A stretch of DNA of 36,355 nt from Craspedostauros australis (taxonomy: Eukaryota): NCBI GenBank assembly GCA_030167865.1, contig JALAGF010004859.1, positions 1-36,355 on the forward strand, given 5' to 3'. The notes below the pieces were generated by a model. That model searched no databases and was not told where the DNA came from. It saw nothing but the letters and a program-made list of their open reading frames with translations. The position numbers and the translations under genes are program-made. Positions 20,309 to 30,751 of this stretch are shown in pieces. Position 1 is the stretch's first letter, and every line of letters starts with the position of its first letter.

Positions 20309-22615
20309 TCATGAATCCTCGCTGCCTTCGTCTCCAGTTTCTTCACTTGATGGAGGCGACAGCGACATGACCGATGCCGCCAATCCACCATGGTTGTACT
20401 TTATCTTGAGTTTCAGATCTGACATACCGGTCCTCCGCAGCAAGCTGGCATCATTTCCAACAAGCACAGCGCCGACGTCCTTCCCAGCCTCTTGCAATTT
20501 TTTTACGCAGTGGCCAAGTTTTTGGTACAGCGGCAGCAATGGATGGTCCTTGCGCGTCGATCGTGGTGATCGCCCTTTGCTGTTGATGTGTTTTTTATTG
20601 TTCGAACTTGCACCCCCATCACCCGTCGGCGATACTCGTTTCCCGAATGGCGGATTGCTCGCAACAAGCAAGCTCCCAGGTGCCTGCTCCGGGTCCTCGA
20701 ACCATGGTTGGGACGAGATGGAATGACGATCGATATCGATGATGTCAGCAACGCCTGCTCGAGCTGCGTTCGACTTGGTCGCCACGATGGCACCTGCGTC
20801 GCGATCAGAGGCGCGTATGTGACGCCTTCGCAGTACCTTCTTCAAAGTCCTGTGGTCAACACTCTCCGCTTTGACGAGCTTGTTCCACCTCGATGGATTC
20901 CGCAGTCGCGTGCCTTCGAAGGGTGGCGGACGTAGCCTGCCGGGTGGCAGTCCACCTGCCATGGCAGCCGCTTCGATCGCTATGGTGCCGCATCCGCACA
21001 TGGGATCCACCAGCGAGTCGTAGACGTGCGTGCCTGACTTCTTGCTTGTTTCTCTCTTCCTTCTCTCGAGAGAGTCGTTGTCAGATCTCATCCATGTGCC
21101 CGCAATGAGCGCAGGATCGAAGTACCGAGGCATCCAACCTCCCTCCATCAACATGGCGTACGCCATATCTTCGCGCAACGGTGCCTTGGCCACATCCTTC
21201 TTGTATCCTCTTTCGTGCAACGGTGTCAACGAGCCATCGATGTAGATGGTGACCATGTCTCGCTTGATACGCACATCGAGCTTGACGGCGGGATGATCCT
21301 GCACCTCCAATAGAACACGCTGCAACGCAGTCTTCCCCTCATCTCCATCGGCCGTGTTGGGATGGTCATCTGCGGACGAAACGCCGTATCCCAACTCCTG
21401 ATACACCGATCTCAGAATCCGATCACGAACAGCCGTTGTATGATACATCTTGCTCTTGGAGCACGACACGCGCGTCTCCAGCTTGACGTTGCGTTTCAGT
21501 ATCTTCCTCCACGGCATCTTTGACACCTTGCGTTCCAACTCTGCCAGCTGGCGTGCGTAAAATGGCCCACCGCATTGCAAGAGGATGTGGCTGGCAGTGC
21601 CGAGGAAAAGATGACATTGGAATAGTTCATCGATCGTCACATCCTGCAGCGTGATCCCGCTCTCTGTGACGGTGTGCTCAATGTCCAGCGAATCCAACTC
21701 CATTGATAGGCAATCTTCCAAGCCCGGCAGGCAGGTGACCAAGATGGTGAGGGTCTTGGGAGGGAACCACAGTTCTGTTCTGCGGTCAGGATGACCGTGT
21801 TGATCCCAGCGTCCATCTTTGGAGTACCCACCGTGGAGATATTGAGCTGAACCCTGTTGCCAAGCATTGCGTTTATCATTCGGGCGGAAGCCAGCATTGT
21901 GCTGATCGCTGTTGCCGTGGCTGTGGTCGTTCCTGTGGCTATGGTCATGGATAGAATCAAAGCCAGCATAGTCCAGGCTGACTCGGTGCCTGTTGTAGGT
22001 GCCCTTCCCGCCTCTAGTCCAACCTCCTTGATTGGCACGAGAACGATCATCGGGTTGGTAACGTGATCTCCGATGATTCATTCCATGCCCTCCGCTGCTG
22101 GTACTGCCATGGTCGTGGCCGTAGCCGTTGTCGTCATCATTGTTGTTGCGGGTCCTGTGTCCATCCATGCCACCGCTTCTACGCGTTCCGTCGCTCCTGC
22201 GTCTCATAGCTCGACCATGAGTGCCGCTATGGCGAAGAAAGTCGTTTCCGCGAGAGTGAGCTGCGGCTCCTCTCCTGCTCCCTCTGCTTGCTGCGCGTGC
22301 TGGTTGCCCTTTTGGTGTGCTGTTGGTTGTTCGTTCGCGTCTCTCGATTGATTGTTCGTAGAAGTCAACGTCCACTCCCACGCCGACGCCGTTGGTATTG
22401 GAGCTGGACGTGCCATTGCAACGAATCCATCCAGGACCAGCGACATTGGTGGAAAGCACACCGTTGCATCGCGGGTTTGCACCGCCCCACGTCACAGGAT
22501 ACCAGTTGCTGTGGCAATGATGACGAAGATACCGACGGCATGGAACGTTCGCCAATCCTCGGCCTGTCCGAAGTTGAGTCATGGCAACCCGTCTGATTGC
22601 ATTCATCGCTGACAT
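20309..22615 (-). CDS. THUMP-domain RNA methyltransferase (RlmL/UPF0020-like, probably m2G), about 768 aa, probable mitochondrial presequence
   Basis: Motifs TCLPGLEDCLSMEL, LFLGTASHIL, SCSKSKMYHT, LHERGY, APLREDMA, DPMCGCGTIAIEAA (SAM motif), ASDRD and SNPPFGKR. Start taken at MSAMNAIRRVAMTQLRTGRG (22615), which is Arg-rich and acid-free. The frame stays open upstream to 23344. Confidence 0.85.
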   Translation of the reverse strand: MSAMNAIRRVAMTQLRTGRGLANVPCRRYLRHHCHSNWYPVTWGGANPRCNGVLSTNVAGPGWIRCNGTSSSNTNGVGVGVDVDFYEQSIERRERTTNSTPKGQPARAASRGSRRGAAAHSRGNDFLRHSGTHGRAMRRRSDGTRRSGGMDGHRTRNNNDDDNGYGHDHGSTSSGGHGMNHRRSRYQPDDRSRANQGGWTRGGKGTYNRHRVSLDYAGFDSIHDHSHRNDHSHGNSDQHNAGFRPNDKRNAWQQGSAQYLHGGYSKDGRWDQHGHPDRRTELWFPPKTLTILVTCLPGLEDCLSMELDSLDIEHTVTESGITLQDVTIDELFQCHLFLGTASHILLQCGGPFYARQLAELERKVSKMPWRKILKRNVKLETRVSCSKSKMYHTTAVRDRILRSVYQELGYGVSSADDHPNTADGDEGKTALQRVLLEVQDHPAVKLDVRIKRDMVTIYIDGSLTPLHERGYKKDVAKAPLREDMAYAMLMEGGWMPRYFDPALIAGTWMRSDNDSLERRKRETSKKSGTHVYDSLVDPMCGCGTIAIEAAAMAGGLPPGRLRPPPFEGTRLRNPSRWNKLVKAESVDHRTLKKVLRRRHIRASDRDAGAIVATKSNAARAGVADIIDIDRHSISSQPWFEDPEQAPGSLLVASNPPFGKRVSPTGDGGASSNNKKHINSKGRSPRSTRKDHPLLPLYQKLGHCVKKLQEAGKDVGAVLVGNDASLLRRTGMSDLKLKIKYNHGGLAASVMSLSPPSSEETGDEGSEDS

Positions 22616-23431
22616 GGTGCGAGTACAAGTCGGCACGTTGTGCCTGGGTGCTGGAAAAGCAAGGTTCCTGAAGGACTTGCTCCAGGAAGTTCGCTGCGTG
22701 CGCGCTTGGGCTGGTATCTGACGCGGACGAGTTGGCTGATCTGGCTGATCTGGTTTGTTGTTTCGTTGTTTCGCTGGCTTGATTGATTGGTGTGTTGTCT
22801 GTTGCGTTGTGGAGATCTGTGATGGAAGCACCAGAAAGGGCAGAAGCCGCACAAGATACGGAATGGTTTCGGTGGTGGGTGGCGTTACCCCTTTGCAAAA
22901 TCGACCTTTGCTTGATTTCAGGTAATTAGTTGACCACAACTCATTTCCAATTCTGCCGTTTTCAATCCGTCTGTTTTTGTTGTTGGCCCAGCAACCACTC
23001 ATTCTGGTCAAACTGGCACAATTGGCGCCAAAACTAGGTAAGTACTCTTCAATTGTTGCGAAGGTTCGCCGGGAATCATTTCGCCTGCATTTTATCGTTG
23101 ACTTTTTCGCCTTCCAAGATGTGCCACAGACGTACACGAGCGAGCGCATGCGAGTACGTGCGAGCACATGGAGATACATGGCTGGTAGATGCGAGTACGA
23201 GGACGACCGCTCCATGCCCGTTCGGTCCCAAGGGCCAACCACTCCGTCTGAGCGCGGTACCGTTGTACCTCGTACCCGTGTGGAATAACGCCATACTCCG
23301 CGCAGGTTGGCAGGTTTTATACCCAAATGCATGGTGCACTCCACAGAGGTCAGTTTTGAGAGATGTGTTCCTCTACTGCTTTGAGTTGGTGAAGCGGTGT
23401 CGACTCATCCAGCCGAGCGAAAAGGTGGTCC

Positions 23432-23468
23432 GTGTGCGTGTGTGTGTCTCTCTCTCTCTCTCTCTCTC
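23432..23468. repeat. (GT)n(CT)n compound microsatellite
   Basis: GTGTGCGTGTGTGTGTCTCTCTCTCTCTCTCTCTC. Confidence 0.9.
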
Positions 23469-25798
23469 CACCTCTTGGGATATAGTCGCTCGTAGTACCT
23501 GTGTTTCTGGTACATGGCGCACACTTCCAAGAACGGCGAAGCACGAGTAAGAGCACAACACCTGCGAGTGCAACAGAACACGAAGAGACGAGTTCGCTGT
23601 GGCCAAGACACAGTGATGCGGTGACGAGCCATACGGAGTGAAGCAGATGTGGAGTTTCTTCCCAGGATGAAAAATCTCGGCTTCTCTGGGGAACATCCTG
23701 CCCGTGAACTGTTGTGATCAGTTGTCTTTGTCAATTGCGGATCACGCTGATACAGTGATCGTTTCCACGATCACACTTTATTTCGTTTAATTGCTATGTC
23801 GTGCTTCGCACCTCAGATCTTAGTTGATACTTGCTTTGTGAAACCTGGCTGATCCCGTCCTGGGCGACCTGCCATTCAAGTTGTCTGCGATCATGGTCGG
23901 GTAGGGTGATGGTCGACACACCAATGGAAGAGATGTTGGTGCCCGCAGTCCTGACATCAGGACAAGAACGATCCGCAGCGGCGGTAAGCGCATCCCAGAG
24001 CGATGCTATTTTTGGTCTGCGCCGCATTTCGCAGTGAGCCAGCCCACCTGCACACGAGGACTCATGCATGCCAACACTCACACCCATTGTTCATGCCACA
24101 CCATACTCAAAATGCAGGGGGAGTGGAGTTTTTTGTACTGTTGCATTGCGGAATGGTACACTCCCGTGGCTTTCCTTCGTGCAGGTCGTCGATCATGTGG
24201 AGAGCATCTTGCCTCGGGTGTTCCTACACGTCACGAATCGGGCAGCATCTGCGGAATGAAGAACTCTCCGAACATGTTACAGGTACAGTATCCTGGGTGA
24301 GATGTCCACCCACCCGTCTACACAAACCCGATGCTGATCGTAGTCAGGGTCATCCCAGCAACCTGGAGAAATCTGCAGAGGTGCACCAGAGCGAAATCAG
24401 TCAATGATAATCCGTCGGCGGAAAACAAATAAATCTGAACGGCGGTCGTAACTGTCAGCAAGTGCCACCAAGAGAGCGACGTGAATTCTTGCTGGGAGAG
24501 CCCTTGACGCTGTGTACAGTACGCTTGGTATTATATCATTACCTGGCGGTTCGAGATGCGCGACTGTTGGATCCACCGAAACACCGTGGATGCAAACAAG
24601 AAATATGTTGTAGCTCGTGTCGTAGCTATTTTGCACGAGGACGAGCACGAGCCACAAGTATGAATGCGGTTGTTCAGCAGTTGCTTGTGGCCAGGCCTTT
24701 CATTTGCCCCATCGCATCTTGTTCATTGGGCGGAGTGCAATAAGGTTAGACCATGCGCCCTGCACTCAAAGTGACTGGGTTCGTGCTGCACGATGATGTG
24801 CGGCTTCCGAGCCGAGAGGAGTCCTTGAGGCTTGTCGGCGATTCAGGAGAAGCTGAGATCGTGGTTGGATGGACACCAACCAGCACACTTGTTGCGATAT
24901 TTGGATGGATGGTACCGACGTCGAGACATGATTTGTCGTACGACTACGAGCACCATGCATGTGTCGTGGTGGTAGCAGCACCAACTATGAGATTTCACAG
25001 GCGTCAAGTTCTTGGCGGAGGCACCCCATGATCGCATGGTAGATCCATTCGATGATCAATGAAAGATCGATGCATCTTTGCGATGCATCATTGTTCGCAA
25101 ACACCCAACATTTCGAGCAGGCGTTCATGAGCCTCAAGCACCGGTGGAACAACGTCGGGTAACATCGGGCAACATCGCTAATGAAAGGAATGCTGTCTTC
25201 GTTGAAGCCAACATTATCAACTCTCGCAAACTGATGCGTTTTGTCTTCGTTGTATGGCACGGCTACGCCTTCCATAAAGCTGGTTATCCTTCCTTCCTTC
25301 CTTCCTTCATACATAGACCATTGCATGATGCAAGAGCCAGGATCGCCATCGAACTCCCCGGGCCAATCATGTTCTCTGCACACCGAGAGAAGCAGCGGTA
25401 GAGAAGCATGGAATCAGCCAATTTTCGAAAGGCGGCGACGCATGGCATGATTCCATCTTCTACAGATGTACTCGTACTTAGACAATGCCGTGTTTGTCCA
25501 CATATACGACGAGCCTGGAAGTATAACATTTGTATTGCATGATTTTCGGTTGGTAAGATCCGTCGGTAGGGCATGCGTATCGGGGGGTCGTTGGGAGCAA
25601 CCCTGTGTGCACTTGGTCCGACACGACACCGCCATCTGTTCCAGTGTGCACTTTCGTCAACAGTGCTGGCCAGGCCACTCTGTTGCGATGTGATGGATTG
25701 CGACATGCGCTCTGCCACTTCATCACTTCATCTGGTGCTTGTCTCTTTCTTCATTCACACAAGGCTTCAAACCGACAGCTGCGATATCCGGATGGTGA

Positions 25799-27475
25799 TC
25801 ACTTCTGATTTTGACCAAAGGTGTGGATGATCTCTTGCACAATATCAGGAGATTCGGTGACTGCCATGGTCTGACCGACTCGAGTGTATAGTGCCGATGA
25901 TCTGTCGCGTTGCTGCTGCTGTTGTTGTTGTTGTTGCTGTTGCTGCTGTTGCTGGATAAAGGGATCCAAGCCTGAGGTTGTTGCGATTGGATACGCGGCT
26001 TGCTGGTCAGTGTTGTTGCCCTGCGGGAGCCGCAGGTCCACCGACTCCAAACTCATCGTTATCACCGCTTTGTCATCCTGGGGTATGCGTGCGGATATGG
26101 ATGAAGCAGCATTGGCGTCGATGGAGGTGCTTCGTGTGGATTCCAATCCAGACATTGGCCTCGAGGTTGAATGAAGTATCATGGGGCGGAGATCGTTGGG
26201 ACTCGGGCCTCGTTGGGATGGTACAGCAGCCTCCATGATGTAGTCATTGTTCGATTGGTTGCTGACATGTCGCTGGAACATTGTGGTCGGACTTGCATCT
26301 GGCCCTTTTTGCCAAGGCGTGAATCTCTGGCCAATGTCATCGTGCCTTGGACTGGCGTTAGCGTTGGCATGGAAGTTGGCAGTGGAGGCGGCTCTGATGT
26401 TGTTGCCCTTCTCCTGTTCTTTGCTCTTGTCGCCACCACTGACATGATTGGAAGTGTTGTTGCTGCTGTTGCCGCTGGTCGTGCTGCTACTGCCAGGCTT
26501 TGATCTGATCACCATGTGCAACAGCTGAGGCTGGTCTCTGAAGAAGTAAGGATGCCAGTACTCACCTTCGTGCTTGCTCCGCGACTTCCGAACAAAACCG
26601 TACAGATTGAGCTGCCGCTGAAATGACTTGTACTTGCGTGACCCGAAGTATACCGGCTGGACCTGCTCTTGGAATAGCTTCGGCATGTAGATCATGAATC
26701 GATGGTGCTGTGAATTCCCAGATCCAACAGTCGCATCATCACCGGCCGCGGTGGTAGGCTGTTTTTTATTTTGCTCGATCGGCAACCACGAGACGATATG
26801 ATCAAACTTCTTCTTCGTGGCATCCTCGAGCATCTGATGCAGCCTGTACGGGAAGCGCTCCATCAGCTGCTCCAGGCTAACTCCAGCATTGGGGCCGACT
26901 GCACTTGAATAGGCCGACTTGCTCGTGGCTGAGCCCTTGCCTACCGACGCAGGCACAGTCGGAGACGGTGTGACTGACGAGGACATGGCTGGAGGAGGTG
27001 GTGGTGGCTCTGAATTCCGACGCGACGTTGATGATCGCAGGCGAGTCGAGGTATCCGACATGGAAGTTGTTGCCGGGGGCATTGCAGTCGTCATTTCTGA
27101 TGATCGTCGCGATCTACTGCTGTTGTTCATGCTGCTACCCATGCTGCTGTTCATGCTGTTATTCATTTCGCTGTTTTCAATACTGCTCTCGCCAAAGACT
27201 AACGCGTGTGCAAAGTCTTGTTGGTGCTGTTGTTGGTGCTGTTGACGTTGTTGTTGACGTTGTTGTTGCCACTGTTGAGTCCCCCTTGAGACGACACGTG
27301 CGTGATCTCTTTGATCCGCGCCTGCTTCTGCGAACAGATCGTCGATGTTATCGAAGTCAGGCAACCTTTGCTGATAGCGCTCTTCGTTTTCCGGGCCCTG
27401 CCCCTGCCCCTGCCTTTGCCGCTGTTGCTGTTGCTGCCGCCGCCCGTGCTGCTGATCGCGGTTGTGAAAGCTCAT
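25799..27475 (-). CDS. HSF-type DNA-binding domain protein (heat-shock-factor family), 558 aa, with poly-Q tracts
   Basis: FPYRLHQML...IVSWLP...FQEQVQPVYF...KYKSFQRQLNLYGF...YWHPYFFRDQP is the HSF winged-helix domain in its diatom form. Single ORF from ATG to TGA. Confidence 0.92.
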   Translation of the reverse strand: MSFHNRDQQHGRRQQQQQRQRQGQGQGPENEERYQQRLPDFDNIDDLFAEAGADQRDHARVVSRGTQQWQQQRQQQRQQHQQQHQQDFAHALVFGESSIENSEMNNSMNSSMGSSMNNSSRSRRSSEMTTAMPPATTSMSDTSTRLRSSTSRRNSEPPPPPPAMSSSVTPSPTVPASVGKGSATSKSAYSSAVGPNAGVSLEQLMERFPYRLHQMLEDATKKKFDHIVSWLPIEQNKKQPTTAAGDDATVGSGNSQHHRFMIYMPKLFQEQVQPVYFGSRKYKSFQRQLNLYGFVRKSRSKHEGEYWHPYFFRDQPQLLHMVIRSKPGSSSTTSGNSSNNTSNHVSGGDKSKEQEKGNNIRAASTANFHANANASPRHDDIGQRFTPWQKGPDASPTTMFQRHVSNQSNNDYIMEAAVPSQRGPSPNDLRPMILHSTSRPMSGLESTRSTSIDANAASSISARIPQDDKAVITMSLESVDLRLPQGNNTDQQAAYPIATTSGLDPFIQQQQQQQQQQQQQQQRDRSSALYTRVGQTMAVTESPDIVQEIIHTFGQNQK

Positions 27476-29352
27476 TTGGCCAGTTGCGTTTTGCTCAGAC
27501 CTGATGTCGCTTTCTACTCATGTGTACTTGTTGTCCAGCGATACCAACACAACAGCTCGGCTCTGTTTGCCGTTGGAGAATGGAGATGCGTTGATCGAGC
27601 GCAATCCTGTTGGGAGTGTATCCCCGCTGTGTGGTCCGTCCAATGTCGGCCTTTTGATCAACGGCGCGTGGTTGTGGGGTTGTGCGGTTGTGTGATTGTG
27701 TGATTGTGTTGGTGTGTGCACAGTTTGTGACATCAAAGTTAACGATTGATTTGGCAATCAGTCAATGGACCAGCCAGTCAATGAATCAGTCAATCAATCA
27801 CCTGGCGATGCTTTGACGGTTGATGAATAGCAGCCAGGGAGCGAACAATTGCCGGCAGTTTGGAGATTGTCGGTTGTGGGTTGTGGGTCGTTGCCTGGAT
27901 TCAGCTGAAAGCCAGAGCGGTTCAGAGTAGCGCAACAGTCCACGAGACTGATGTTTGACCAGCAATCGGCGTGATTGTGTGTTTGGTCGTCTTTCTGTAT
28001 TGTCTCTCTGTTTGCTGTGTCTCTTCGTTGAAGTTGCGTGTGAGAGTTGCCGTTCTGTGGCCTCTTGTTCCGATCTCTCAAGTGTTTGGCAATTTCGCCT
28101 GTGAGGCGTGATGGGCGAATTCGTGAAAGTTGGTTCGCGGGAGGAGGAAAAACGATCAGGTGCCCCTGGGATACTGTGGGTACTGTGCGGAATGCATCAC
28201 GTGCACAGCGTGTCGTTGTCGTCACCAACACTTGCGATTTGCACAGGGGACCAGCGTGGAATGGCGCGGAATACCAGTTGCGTGAAGCACCACGGGCATG
28301 CACTTGCACAGGCAACAGGTACAGTCGGGGCTGGTATGTATGTGCATGGTGTGCTGCAGTAGTACTTATACTCCGCGCATGCGAATACTTGTTCATACGG
28401 ATACTGAGGTGTTAACCGTGACAGTCTCAGCCGCAATATGAGTAGTGCACAATTAGTCTGAATCGCACCACCAACAGCACCAACAGCACCAACAGGACCA
28501 GAAGACTCACCATGACGATTCTGTGCCGCCGCGACGGTCGTGTGCACGAGATGATACAAGCACGAGCTACAAGGGCTCCCCTGCCGCTACTCGTGGCATG
28601 TGTGTATACTTGTACGATCGTCCTGGTACGTATGCTGCAGGCCCTCACAATCGTGTTCCAGAACATGGATGTTTGGCCTGACCCGTACAGATAGTTCGCA
28701 ACGTGTGCGTGTGTGTTTGTGTTGGTACCACGAGGAAAAAGGGCGTTTCAAAACATGTTGTGACAAAAGCTTGTTGACCCCAAATGCGCCCCAGAGCGAC
28801 AAGATCTGCGGACGCTTAATGCATTTAGAAGTTTGTCATTGCGATTGCATCACATACCCAAATGCAAACGGAACGGACCGATCGGATTCTTGTCTTTGTT
28901 CCACAGTGTCGTGTCCCTCCTCCGAAAGAGCGTTGCCGAACCCGATCCCTCGTGGGTGTCAAATCTGTTGGGTGGATGTAGCTGGTAGTACCGCGGAGCA
29001 GTCGCAGATGCCCACGAGCTACCATACTATACTCTAGATTGCACTCGTATGTAGACTAGGTACGTGGAGGTATTGTGCGAGTATTACAATACTCCCCCCA
29101 ACTGGTAGAGCACGTACTGTGCTGTTGGGTGCCAACCTCACGCCTTTACGTCTGAGCAGAACGAAGCGTAGATTCGCCCAACTTGGTACCGTGACAGAGA
29201 TCAACACTCGTGGTTTGGCGGACCACCCCATTGTTTGGAGTTCCATCAGCCGCAGCATTGGCCCTCCAGAGAGTGAGAGAGAGAAAGAGTGACGAACTCC
29301 AACCAAAGGGGGTGACATTACCGCAGGCACACAAAAACGCACGTTCCTGGCC

Positions 29353-29388
29353 CCTCTCTCTCTCTCTCTCTCTCACACTCACTCTCTA
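29353..29388. repeat. (CT)n microsatellite
   Basis: CCTCTCTCTCTCTCTCTCTCTCACACTCACTCTCT. Confidence 0.9.
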
Positions 29389-30751
29389 GAGAAAACGAAG
29401 AACTCGGACTCCCAGTTGTGGAAGAGAGACATGGGACGCTGTCTACTCGATTAGTATGCGTACTCAAAGGGAGGCGCCACATGCTAGAGAACCGCAGCTG
29501 TTGCCCCTGTTCCTGCACATTTGTACAGTACACATTTCCAGCACGATCTGCTCTACCTTGGCGCGACCGCCTTTGCAAGTCCCGGTCACAGTTTCTCCGT
29601 CAGATTGTGCATCACTTCTTGATCGGGGAAGGCAAGAGGAGGCAGCCTCTCCACATCACGCGCAGTACTCTGGAAGAGGCAAACAGAGAGCGAAAGTTCC
29701 GCTGGTAGAAGAATCTTAGCTTGCTCCGCTTTTTCAACCTCAAATCCTATTGTATGTCTCTAGCAAGAGTACTCAACTTCACTCTGCCTCCTACTCGTAG
29801 CAGCATTCTCATAACATGGCTCGTAGCCGTACTCAAACCTACCATAGATCGTAGAGCTCTCATCCTCTGCTTGCTGGTGCCGTCCGATGACATTGCAACA
29901 CCCACGGAACCAAACCAGCGCGGCAAGATGGCAACTCGCGACGAGTGGGCAAAGATGGGCGCGAGAGCGAGTGGCGTATGAGCCATGTGTGTCGGCAAAT
30001 CTGGTGATTCGTTCCTCTCGGAACACAAAATTGTTGACACACTGTGCTCGTCGCCGTGTCCACAACCAGCCCAACAAAAGGAGCGAAAATCACCAAAGAG
30101 CACCGAGACAGATCCGAGTCGCGAACACGTGATACGCTGGCATAAGTATCGACAAAACAAGTCGATCCTCCGGTGTCACTGGTGACGACGTTTTGTTTCA
30201 GTAAGGCAATAATGTCATGCTTACTGACAACTGCTGTTTGGAACAACCATGTTTCATCAACAGCCCCAAAGGGGTATCCAAACAGCACATGCACCACAAC
30301 TGGCCACACCCCGGCAATCGACTTCAACCGTATTTATATACCTACAGTTCGTTGCTTTCCGTGGCACTACCGGATCGTGACAACAGTGACTCTTGTGGAC
30401 CATCACGACACAGACCAAGAGAGGACCAACCCTTCATCCAAAGCCGTAATCGTCACTGTGCACCAACATCGCTCTCCCACTCGGCCGACCACATCACAAC
30501 ATGTCCTCTTGCGTGACAACTATCCGTGACTCGTATAGCCTATCATGACTGGAAGGATCCGCAAAAGCAAAGCTCAAGACGCTCCAACAACAGTGATGAC
30601 ATCAGCAGCGACAACGACAGGAGATGACGCACATCTCAACAACATCGAACAGCCGGAGGCCACAACAGAACAAGTATTATGAATAGAATTCCCAGCGTCG
30701 TCCCCGCATCATTCTCTCACAGCCACACTTCGAGTAATCATCTCCGTCCTC

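Noticed and set aside
24530..24560. TTACCTGGC resembling the U1 snRNA 5' end
   Set aside because: It lacks the full ATACTTACCTG, and no U1 stem-loops or Sm site are evident.
27794..30529. Multiple 100-200-aa ORFs between the HSF and cyclophilin genes
   Set aside because: They overlap on both strands, have no motifs and have atypical composition, consistent with non-coding sequence.
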